Shown: piece after piece, positions 16,883-24,495 of the stretch
Position numbering within the stretch: position 1 is the stretch's first letter
Layout: each line of letters starts with the position of its first letter
IMG/VR virus record: IMGVR_UViG_2706796252_000001
Location: 7,695 to 71,694 of that record
From: a virus
Length of the DNA: 64,000 nucleotides
Reading direction: 5' to 3' (one strand)
Translations under genes and position numbers: made by a program
Notes under the pieces: model-generated
Told to the model about the DNA's origin: nothing
Seen by the model: only the letters and a program-made list of their open reading frames with translations
Database searches by the model: none

Positions 16883-17070
16883 GCCTGGACGGCCAAACAG
16901 TTGCCGTCCACATCGTCATGTTCACCAACTACTTCGGCTACGTGCCGGGCAAGAAACAGATCGACCATCTCTGCGGACAACGGTTGTGCTGCAACCCCGC
17001 TCACCTGGAGATGGTCACTCATCTCACCAATCAGAAACGTCGCGCTAAACGCGCCAAGTCCAAGGAGTAA
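16726..17070 (+). CDS. HNH endonuclease
   Basis: CHLWQG, GYG, IDHLCGQRLCCNPAHL and N, the HNH_3-type pattern; GGAG SD before GTG. Confidence 0.88.
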   Translation: MFEGRRKEIRERIEARCKVEDTGFILDNKPSPCHLWQGPDSGTGRGGGYGRMSLDGQTVAVHIVMFTNYFGYVPGKKQIDHLCGQRLCCNPAHLEMVTHLTNQKRRAKRAKSKE

Positions 17071-17073
17071 TCC

Positions 17074-19590
17074 ATGCAGGTAACTCATCAGAAAGACTAC
17101 GCCACTCATGTTGTGATTGGCGGTAAACAAGCCATCTCCATGGGCATCAGTGATGACCCGGCCTTCTTCCAAGTTCTGTCGAGTTCCCTGTACACGGACA
17201 AGATCCTTGCCGTCGTCCGGGAAACTCTGTGCAACGCCTACGACGCCCACAAGATGGTAGGCATCGAGAAAGAGACCCCGGTCGAGATCACCCTCAAGGA
17301 CGACGAGTTCGTCATTCGTGACTTCGGTCCTGGCATCCATCCCGACGACGTGGGCACCATCTACGGTGTCTACGGCGGCTCCACCAAGAAGCACGACGGC
17401 TCCCAGACTGGCGGCTTTGGTTTGGGGTGCAAGTCCCCCTTCGCCTACGTGGACAACTTCCAGGTGACCATTCACCACGAAGGGAAGACCAACGTCTACC
17501 GCATGCAGAAAGCTTCCATCCAGAACGGCGGCCGTCCGGCGATCACTCCTGTGGTCACGGACATTCCTACCGACCAGACTGGTCTGGAAGTACGCATCAA
17601 CATCAAGAGCGAAGACGTCCGTCGATTCGCTACGCTGATCCGTCGTATCGTGGCCAACGCCGAGATGCTGGCTAACTTCAACGGTGTGAAACTGCCCACC
17701 CTGCCCTTCTCCCAGGTGACCAAGGACTGGTCCATCGCTACCGAGCAGGTGCTCGAATACAACGGCCACATCATCTGTGTCCGCTATGGCGATGTCATCT
17801 ACCCTGTAGAGCGGGATGAGTTCATCGCCGAGGTGTACGACCCTGTGCACAAGTTCGTGAACTCTCTGCCGGGCAACGTCAACGTGCTGGTGCTCCAAGC
17901 CAAACCGAACTCGGTGTCGATCACACCGTCTCGGGAAGCGCTGTCCATGGAAGACCACACCCGCAAGACTCTTCTTCAGCTGCTCAACAAGTTCCTCCGT
18001 GCAACGCGGAACATCAACAAGGAACGCAGCGACATCCTGGCGAAGTCCTGTGAAGAACTGGTACAAGCCAGGGCAGGCAGTATGATGCGGCCTGAAGAAG
18101 TAACGGCTAACCGCGTGCTCGTAAGATCCATGAAGGGGGCCAGGCTGACCACCAAGGGACTCATGACTACCATGGAAGAGGTTGGCATGAGCCAGCTGTA
18201 CCATTCGCATAGCCGGAGTGAGAAGGAGAACTTCAAGACCCTGCTGCAACAGCTTTCCCTCATCGGAAAGCAGCCGAGAAACCAAGGAAACACCCTGTAC
18301 CCTTCGCTCATCCGGCTGATGAAGAAGGTTGGGATGGCACCTGCCTACCATCACTACGATAGTGCCACCTTCGAGAACCTCACGAAGTTCCGCAAGGATT
18401 CCTGGCAGGCCCTGGCAGTACGCAAGTGGGGACAGAAGCACCTGGTATCCAAGTTGTTGCCGCTGATCCACGAAGAAGGGCTGTGCCCCACTCGGCTGAT
18501 CTGGTACGGCGCTGGTCGTCACCTGCACAACGGGGATTCTACTCGGAACTACAACACCCATAATGGGTATCCGTTGGTTTCGTACTGGTCCAAGAATCCG
18601 ATGTCCTATGTGCCGCTGTTCCGTCGCTATATTGTCCTGACGCACAGCCGTCGTGACATCCATAGCCGTGTGGAGGATCTCGACGAGTGGGTAGGCGGTT
18701 ACAATGCTGACGACTCTCTCATCGCTTACGTGGTTCCGCGTAGCATGAAGAAGGTGGAGGAAGCCAGGAAAGCCCTGAGTACTCTGAAGGGCTGGGAAGT
18801 ACTGGACCTGACCAAGGAAGCTGAGGTAATCGAGTACGACTCGAAGACCGGCGCTGCCCCAGTCGCAACCAAGCCAAGGAAGAAGGGTTATCCGATGCTC
18901 TCGGCTTGCCATAGCAGCGGCATCTTCTCCCTGGAGATGGCACGTACTGAGAACGTAGCTCGGGTGGAGAATCCAGCTTACTACGTACGCCTCAACACCA
19001 AGAGCGACTACTACGTGCGTAAGTGTGTTCGTGGTTTGGACAAGACCTGCTCTGCCTACCTGCTGAAGAACTACGGCAACTTGGGTGCAGTCGTGTACAC
19101 CGAGACCCAGGAAGCCAACATGGAGAAGAAGGGCATCAAAAGTGCTCGTGACTTCCTCTTGGAAAAGTTCCTGGCAGAGCTGGACAAACCTGAGTTCATC
19201 AAGGCTTGTTCGTTGCGTTACGACATGCTGGTTCAGGTTACAAAAGACTCGGACTATGTGGACCTGGTTCGTACCATGATGGCAGTCAAGGAATGTCGTG
19301 ATGACTTCAAGCTGCCCGAGCCGGAAACAGCTGATGCTGAGAACTTGCTCAATACCATCTGTGCTATGGACCCCAGGTTCTTCACTGAAGACCAGAAGAC
19401 GGCCTTGGGCAAGGTAGCGGAAAAGATCAAGGCTGTTCCGGGCGATAAGAAAGTGCTTGGCATGCTGAAGAAAATCGCAGGAGCACCATTGATTACACTT
19501 CTGAACATCTCAGAAGTACGTGCTGCTTTACGCGATAAGAAGACTGTCGCTTCGACAGTCAAACTACTGAAAACAGCTATTCGTGGCTGA
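17074..19590 (+). CDS. rIIA: rIIA-like protein
   Basis: N-terminal GHKL ATPase motifs RETLCNAYDA, IRDFGPGI, GGFGLGCKS; 838 aa; followed by an rIIB-like gene. Confidence 0.9.
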   Translation: MQVTHQKDYATHVVIGGKQAISMGISDDPAFFQVLSSSLYTDKILAVVRETLCNAYDAHKMVGIEKETPVEITLKDDEFVIRDFGPGIHPDDVGTIYGVYGGSTKKHDGSQTGGFGLGCKSPFAYVDNFQVTIHHEGKTNVYRMQKASIQNGGRPAITPVVTDIPTDQTGLEVRINIKSEDVRRFATLIRRIVANAEMLANFNGVKLPTLPFSQVTKDWSIATEQVLEYNGHIICVRYGDVIYPVERDEFIAEVYDPVHKFVNSLPGNVNVLVLQAKPNSVSITPSREALSMEDHTRKTLLQLLNKFLRATRNINKERSDILAKSCEELVQARAGSMMRPEEVTANRVLVRSMKGARLTTKGLMTTMEEVGMSQLYHSHSRSEKENFKTLLQQLSLIGKQPRNQGNTLYPSLIRLMKKVGMAPAYHHYDSATFENLTKFRKDSWQALAVRKWGQKHLVSKLLPLIHEEGLCPTRLIWYGAGRHLHNGDSTRNYNTHNGYPLVSYWSKNPMSYVPLFRRYIVLTHSRRDIHSRVEDLDEWVGGYNADDSLIAYVVPRSMKKVEEARKALSTLKGWEVLDLTKEAEVIEYDSKTGAAPVATKPRKKGYPMLSACHSSGIFSLEMARTENVARVENPAYYVRLNTKSDYYVRKCVRGLDKTCSAYLLKNYGNLGAVVYTETQEANMEKKGIKSARDFLLEKFLAELDKPEFIKACSLRYDMLVQVTKDSDYVDLVRTMMAVKECRDDFKLPEPETADAENLLNTICAMDPRFFTEDQKTALGKVAEKIKAVPGDKKVLGMLKKIAGAPLITLLNISEVRAALRDKKTVASTVKLLKTAIRG

Positions 19591-19601
19591 AGGAGAAACC
19601 A

Positions 19602-21380
19602 ATGAGCAACAAAGTAACTGTCGTAGGTGCTGTCCTCGACGAAAGGTACCTGACGTTGTACGTGAAAGGGTCTGCCGATCAGATCCGCATTCCCCAAGGC
19701 GATCCCCGTGTCGCCATCTTCGTCGAGAAGTACATCCCCATCCTGAGCCAGGGCGGTGAAGTGGACTACTCCGAAGACCTGCTGGTCATCAACAACGTCT
19801 ACGAAGCCGCCGAGAAGAAATCCGGTGGCATCATGCGGTTCTTCCGCGTGGCGAAGAAGAAGGTCGCAGAGTTCTTCTCGGCGGCTTCCGCATCCGAGCC
19901 GGTTGCTCCCGTCGCTCCCGTCACCGCTGGCGCGGTTCCTGGCGACTGCGCACCGGACACGGATGCTGGGCAGGATGTGGGGGAAGAGGTGGTCGAAAAG
20001 GTCACCATCAAGGATCCCATGCTGGCCAAGGCTGTGGATGACATCCTGGCCCACGCTGTACCGGCATCTGCCCCCAACTTCATGGCTGCGGACCTGGAAG
20101 TACCGTCCCCGGATCGAATCGAGGACGAAGAACCCGGTGACGACGTAGAAGAAGGTGACACCATCATCGCCGTGACCGACCAAGGAACCATCGTGCCGGA
20201 TGCTCAGAAGCTCAAGACCCAGCTGACCGCAGCTGTTCAGTCGAAAGCCAAGGGCAGCACTGTCGGCATCGAGAACTTCCTTCGCCGGGCTGGCTCTGTG
20301 GCCGCCAAGCGTCAGCACAGCGTGCAGGATCTGATGCGCTTCATCGAACGTGGGGATCTCCCCATCGCCGATGACGGTTGCATCGTGATCTACAAGCTGC
20401 TGCTGAAAGACGGGCCGAGTGATCACAAGGAGTTCTCCTACCGTGACATCCACTCGCAGAAGGTGCCGCAATCCGTCGGCACTCTGGTGTGCATGAACGA
20501 GTCCCTGGTGGACCCGGATCGCCGCAACGAGTGCTCGAATGGTTTGCATGTGGCTCGCCGGCAGTACCTCGGTAACTTCAGCGGCAACGTGTGCGTGCTG
20601 GCCAAGGTGGCACCGGAAGACGTGATCGCCGTTCCGTCCTACGACGCGAACAAGATGCGTGTCCGGGCCTACCACATCCTCTTCGAACTGCCTCACGAAG
20701 CCATGGTGGCCCTGAAATCCAACCGCAGTATGACCGACATCAAGGAAGCCTCCCGCATGCTGGGGGCTGCTCTGGCAGGTCAGCACAGCGAACCGGTTTA
20801 CCATGTGGAGATCACCGGTCACCGTGGCTCCAGCATCGTGGTGCACAAGGGTCCGGCGAGCACCAAGAACAAGGTGCAGACGGCTGTTCCGAAGAACGCA
20901 CCTGAAGCCCGCTCGCTTCCGACTACCCCCAGCGAAGTCGTCGGCGAGAAGGTAGACGTGCTGGCTGTAGTGGATACCGTCATGACGGAAACCAAGAAGC
21001 CGGAACCGGAAGCTCCCTCGCTGACCAAGGACGTGCCGGTCGCTGAGCCGAAGCCTGCCAAGGTCGAGAAGAAGTCGAAGAGCCGTGTGCCTGCCCGTAA
21101 AGCCAAGAAGCTGAAGTCCGTCAAGGTGGAAGCCAAGCCCGTGGCTCAGCCTGTCCGGGATACCTTCAAGGCCAAGGGTGAACCCCTGCCGGCTGACAAG
21201 AAGACTGCCCTGACCCTGGTCGAACAAGGCCAGGTTCTGTGGCAAGCCTTCGTAGACAGCAATGGCGACAAGGCGAAAGCTCAGGCTTGCCTGGACTTCA
21301 AGAAAGCCAAGAAGAAGGGCTGGACCGTTCTCGGTATGCCCGGCGACGCGGCTGACAAGTTGGCCAAGGCGCTGAAGTAA
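19602..21380 (+). CDS. rIIB: rIIB-like protein
   Basis: DGCIVIYK, ECSNGLHV, KVAPEDVIAVP; synteny with rIIA. Confidence 0.88.
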   Translation: MSNKVTVVGAVLDERYLTLYVKGSADQIRIPQGDPRVAIFVEKYIPILSQGGEVDYSEDLLVINNVYEAAEKKSGGIMRFFRVAKKKVAEFFSAASASEPVAPVAPVTAGAVPGDCAPDTDAGQDVGEEVVEKVTIKDPMLAKAVDDILAHAVPASAPNFMAADLEVPSPDRIEDEEPGDDVEEGDTIIAVTDQGTIVPDAQKLKTQLTAAVQSKAKGSTVGIENFLRRAGSVAAKRQHSVQDLMRFIERGDLPIADDGCIVIYKLLLKDGPSDHKEFSYRDIHSQKVPQSVGTLVCMNESLVDPDRRNECSNGLHVARRQYLGNFSGNVCVLAKVAPEDVIAVPSYDANKMRVRAYHILFELPHEAMVALKSNRSMTDIKEASRMLGAALAGQHSEPVYHVEITGHRGSSIVVHKGPASTKNKVQTAVPKNAPEARSLPTTPSEVVGEKVDVLAVVDTVMTETKKPEPEAPSLTKDVPVAEPKPAKVEKKSKSRVPARKAKKLKSVKVEAKPVAQPVRDTFKAKGEPLPADKKTALTLVEQGQVLWQAFVDSNGDKAKAQACLDFKKAKKKGWTVLGMPGDAADKLAKALK

Positions 21381-21386
21381 CAGATC

Positions 21387-21414
21387 GGGGGAGGTAACTC
21401 CCCCTTTCCTTTTT
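21387..21414 (+). terminator. intrinsic terminator after rIIB
   Basis: GGGGGAG-GTAA-CTCCCCC followed by a T-rich tract. Confidence 0.8.
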
Positions 21415-21427
21415 CACAGGAGAAAGC

Positions 21428-21652
21428 ATGAACTACTACTTGTTGTACTTGGCTTTGGGCGCTGCCTGGTTCTTCATCGCCATCGGCCACATCTTCCGAG
21501 TCCCCTACGAGCAAACAGTCGAACGGATCATCACGCCACCCATCATCATCTCGCTCAGTGTCTTCAGCACCTTCATGTTCTACGTGTTCCTCTGGCCGCT
21601 GGCACTGCTGATAGACATCTGGCGTCGGATGACCAGGAAGTCAACTACCTGA
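21428..21652 (+). CDS. small membrane protein
   Basis: AGGAG SD; 74 aa with two hydrophobic segments and a basic C-terminus. Confidence 0.75.
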   Translation: MNYYLLYLALGAAWFFIAIGHIFRVPYEQTVERIITPPIIISLSVFSTFMFYVFLWPLALLIDIWRRMTRKSTT

Positions 21653-21735
21653 TGGATAACCGTGTGTTCCAGTAAGGATTGCTTTATCATGGCAACTGGC
21701 TGCTATACGGCCTTGAACTTTGCTGGAGAGTACCA

Positions 21736-22053
21736 ATGCCTTGGAAAAGCGACCCTAACATCTGGGGGGTGCTGAGTGCGATTGCACTCAGTGTACTGAG
21801 TGGGGTGATCAGCCTCACTTCAAGGGTTGCAAAGGGACACCCACCTAAATTTGTGTGGATTGTCTCCGAGCTATCCTCAGCGATCCTCGTCGGCTACCTG
21901 ATCTACGACGTGTATCCCGTGATCCAACATCTGCTCTACGAGTGGATGACCATGCCAATCTGCATCGCAGTTGGTGGCCACTTGGGAGGTCGAATCTTCC
22001 AGTGGGTTGAGTTCAAGTACAAGGAGAAATTCGGTATCCCGGACTCCTACTAA
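21736..22053 (+). CDS. probable holin (LydA-like, 105 aa)
   Basis: GGAG SD before ATG 21736; three hydrophobic segments, GGHLGGR motif and charged C-terminus. Confidence 0.65.
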   Translation: MPWKSDPNIWGVLSAIALSVLSGVISLTSRVAKGHPPKFVWIVSELSSAILVGYLIYDVYPVIQHLLYEWMTMPICIAVGGHLGGRIFQWVEFKYKEKFGIPDSY

Positions 22054-22062
22054 ACCAACCAG

Positions 22063-22088
22063 AAACCCGCTTCGGCGGGTTTTTTATT
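22063..22088 (+). terminator. intrinsic terminator
   Basis: AAACCCGC-TTCG-GCGGGTTT followed by a T run. Confidence 0.9.
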
Positions 22089-22102
22089 GCCTGGAGGAAA
22101 CC

Positions 22103-22294
22103 ATGGCTGAAGTAATCACCACCGTTTTGGAACTACCCAACACCGTCATTGCAACAGCTGTTGGTGACAAGGTGCTGGAAGCTGATGCGTACCGGCACTA
22201 CCTGGAGTCGATCAACGTTGATCCTCAGTTCGTGCTCGCCGAGTACACAGCAATGGTCGAAGAGAAAGACCGGGAGGTATGGAAGAATGTCTAA
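22103..22294 (+). CDS. hypothetical protein
   Basis: GGAGG SD before ATG 22103; 63 aa. Confidence 0.75.
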   Translation: MAEVITTVLELPNTVIATAVGDKVLEADAYRHYLESINVDPQFVLAEYTAMVEEKDREVWKNV

Positions 22295-22844
22295 GTACGT
22301 TCCCGTATTCGATAGTGCCAAGGTAGCCCGGTTCTACCATGTGCGTGCAGTTACTGACAGCAACAGAAGGCAGGTCAGATTCTTCAAGACTACCTGGGTT
22401 GGTTTCCTTGAAACTGACAGGGCCTACTGGGTAGTAGATGAGGATGATCTTAAGGAACTGGAGCATATTGCGAGCATTCGTAAGATCACTGCTACCAGTG
22501 ATATTCGTGATCTCGCTAAGGAGAGATACGGTGCCTTCCTCGCACTGAAAGACGGTAGCACCAAGCGAGCGCGAACCTCTGTGAAAGCTGCTTTCCACAG
22601 CATGATTCGCCGTCGTGAACGCCAGCTGGACATACTGGAACGTGACCTCAACAGTGCTCAGGCAATCCTGTTAGGTACCCGCCTGGATACCAAGGCAGCC
22701 GAGCGGTTGGAGATGCTGAACACCACCACAGTGGAGATCCCCAGTTCCTGGGACATCGATCAGCAGATCCTCACCGAGCACAAGCGTCTTCATGAGAACG
22801 AAGGTCATGAAGAAGGTGCCCTCTGCTGGAATCCCGACTTCTGA
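22287..22844 (+). CDS. hypothetical protein
   Basis: ATG 22287 overlapping the upstream gene; 185 aa. Confidence 0.75.
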   Translation: MSKYVPVFDSAKVARFYHVRAVTDSNRRQVRFFKTTWVGFLETDRAYWVVDEDDLKELEHIASIRKITATSDIRDLAKERYGAFLALKDGSTKRARTSVKAAFHSMIRRRERQLDILERDLNSAQAILLGTRLDTKAAERLEMLNTTTVEIPSSWDIDQQILTEHKRLHENEGHEEGALCWNPDF

Positions 22845-22852
22845 CAGGCATT

Positions 22853-22886
22853 AAAAAACCCCCGAAGACCTCAGTCTAAGGGGGTT
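22853..22886 (-). terminator. terminator of the tail-fibre/lysis operon (possibly bidirectional)
   Basis: AACCCCC...GGGGGTT stem with an A tract on the plus strand, between convergent genes. Confidence 0.7.
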
Positions 22887-22906
22887 GCGCATGGTGTCGA
22901 AGGAGA

Positions 22907-23419
22907 CTACTGGGGTGGAGCGTGCCCCAGTGACTTCACAATAGCGTAGCTCTTCTGGCATGTCAATCCTGCCGCATGGCTTCGGTCAAGCGCTCCTGCG
23001 AGTTCTTGTCGATGGCTGACACAGCTTCCGTACAGGTCGGCGAGCACCACAGAGGCAGCGTTGCTTGCATGCCGCTCAGTGGTAGCCCTGGCACCGTCGG
23101 CGATGAGGTCGTCACGTAGACGGGCGACTTGCTCCCGCAGGCTACGAGACTGAGCATCAGCAGCAGCAATGCGGGAAGCTTGATCAGCCAGTTGTTCATC
23201 AGCATCTTTTTTTACCTCGTTCATGGCTTCGAGCAGACTCTGTTCGATGGCCTTTTTGTTTTCTTCCGCAGTCCTTTCGGCCTGCATCATGCGGAGTTCC
23301 CACTCCGCATTGGTCTTGGTTTCCGCCTTCACGAACCCCTTGTTGTAGGCATAGAGGGCGATGATGGCGAAGAGCAGCACCTCTGCTACCCATCGGATCT
23401 GCCGGGCTGAGATAGTCAT
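22907..23419 (-). CDS. Rz: i-spanin (Rz-like)
   Basis: N-terminal TM segment followed by coiled coil; ATGA overlap with the endolysin stop (start re-assigned to 23419). Confidence 0.85.
   Translation of the reverse strand: MTISARQIRWVAEVLLFAIIALYAYNKGFVKAETKTNAEWELRMMQAERTAEENKKAIEQSLLEAMNEVKKDADEQLADQASRIAAADAQSRSLREQVARLRDDLIADGARATTERHASNAASVVLADLYGSCVSHRQELAGALDRSHAAGLTCQKSYAIVKSLGHAPPQ
22963..23205 (-). CDS. Rz1: o-spanin lipoprotein (Rz1-like), embedded in Rz
   Basis: Signal peptide with lipobox LVAC, Pro/Ser-rich body and WCSPTC; fully nested in another frame of Rz. Confidence 0.85.
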   Translation of the reverse strand: MLMNNWLIKLPALLLLMLSLVACGSKSPVYVTTSSPTVPGLPLSGMQATLPLWCSPTCTEAVSAIDKNSQERLTEAMRQD

Positions 23420-23940
23420 TGGGTCACCACCCTTACCGCCTTGCGGTACAGTTCCGGCCATGTGGCTTCATGGGGCTGGCCAGGACGCCATTGACGAAGG
23501 TAGAGATCCCATGCTTCAGCCTGTGCCTTGAGAGGCGGCAGGCGATGAGGGTCCGTGTAGAGAAGGATACGAGCCAAGGCACAAGCCAAGACATCATCAT
23601 GCTCCAGGGCATCCCACACAGCATCTTGGGTGGCTGGCACACCTCTGGCCTTGCAGACCGAGTGGACCAGTTCCTTGGTGGCTGGCTTCCAGAAGTTGAG
23701 CAGCCCCTTGACGGCACCACCCTTCTCCATCTGCCAGTAGCCCTTGGCCGGTCCGAGGGGAAGAAGGACTTTACGCCCTTCGCTGTTGATGGAGTTCACC
23801 AGCTGTCTGCGAGAAGCAAAGCGGGACTCCTGCAAGCCAATGGCCAGCAACATCACGCTGGCCTCTGGACTGTTCATGCTGGCCGGAAGCAGCTTGTAGG
23901 CTTCCGGTAGCACTTGGTTGAATACCTGATCAGCAGTCAT
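23416..23940 (-). CDS. endolysin (lysozyme-like/lytic transglycosylase fold)
   Basis: AIGLQESRF catalytic Glu motif and GPAKGYWQME; directly upstream of the spanins. Confidence 0.88.
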   Translation of the reverse strand: MTADQVFNQVLPEAYKLLPASMNSPEASVMLLAIGLQESRFASRRQLVNSINSEGRKVLLPLGPAKGYWQMEKGGAVKGLLNFWKPATKELVHSVCKARGVPATQDAVWDALEHDDVLACALARILLYTDPHRLPPLKAQAEAWDLYLRQWRPGQPHEATWPELYRKAVRVVTQ

Positions 23941-24179
23941 TTCGGTTCCTCCGGGAGAGGGTAGCGTTCTTGAATCTCCTTGACCTTTTCAAGCCAAGCA
24001 GTGAGGTCAGCTACCTCGCCCTTGTCCATTGCGTCAGCTTCCAATTCGATCCGAATCGGTTCGCTTTCCGACTGGTAGGCTATCGCTCGAAGGTTCTTCA
24101 CCTCCTTGAGCGCCTCCTGATACTTCGACATCTCCAGTTCCTTCGGGTTCTGGAAGTCGTTCCAAGCGATAGAAGTCAA
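23937..24179 (-). CDS. tail fibre assembly/chaperone-like protein
   Basis: R..AY..ESEP...W..KVKEIQERYP pattern; TTG start with GGAG 7 nt upstream (alternative ATG 24131). Confidence 0.6.
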   Translation of the reverse strand: MTSIAWNDFQNPKELEMSKYQEALKEVKNLRAIAYQSESEPIRIELEADAMDKGEVADLTAWLEKVKEIQERYPLPEEPK

Positions 24180-24495
24180 AGGGCATCTCCACGGGACCGT
24201 CCTCGGTCACCAAAAAAGGTTCGATGATCGACTCTTGAGCATCGAAGATCTCCAGAGTCACTTGGTGAATATACCGGATGAAGAGGTTTCCGTCTTCATA
24301 GTGGATGTCCTGGAAAGGAGTCCGGCCTATGTAGGCTTGCGGAGGGAGGTACCCTCCCCCAATGAAGGGGGAGAAGTCATGTTCCTCACCATCCACAGTG
24401 AGCTTGGTGCCGGATACCGACACCTCACTCACTCGTTCCCGACCTGGAATATCCACTTGCATGTCAGGCTTGAGGATGAATTGCATTATTTCCAC
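24034..24495 (-). CDS. tail fibre-associated protein
   Basis: LTVDGEEHDFS...DGPVEMP pattern, as in proteins encoded after Pseudomonas phage tail fibres. Confidence 0.65.
   Translation of the reverse strand: MEIMQFILKPDMQVDIPGRERVSEVSVSGTKLTVDGEEHDFSPFIGGGYLPPQAYIGRTPFQDIHYEDGNLFIRYIHQVTLEIFDAQESIIEPFLVTEDGPVEMPFDFYRLERLPEPEGTGDVEVSGGAQGGEEPSSDSLPVGKRTDSDRIGS

Noticed and set aside
16846-21245. Long minus-strand ORFs (688 and 663 aa) opposite rIIA/rIIB, and similar ones at 2646-3749 and 32128-34401
   Set aside because: Antisense shadows of well-supported plus-strand genes
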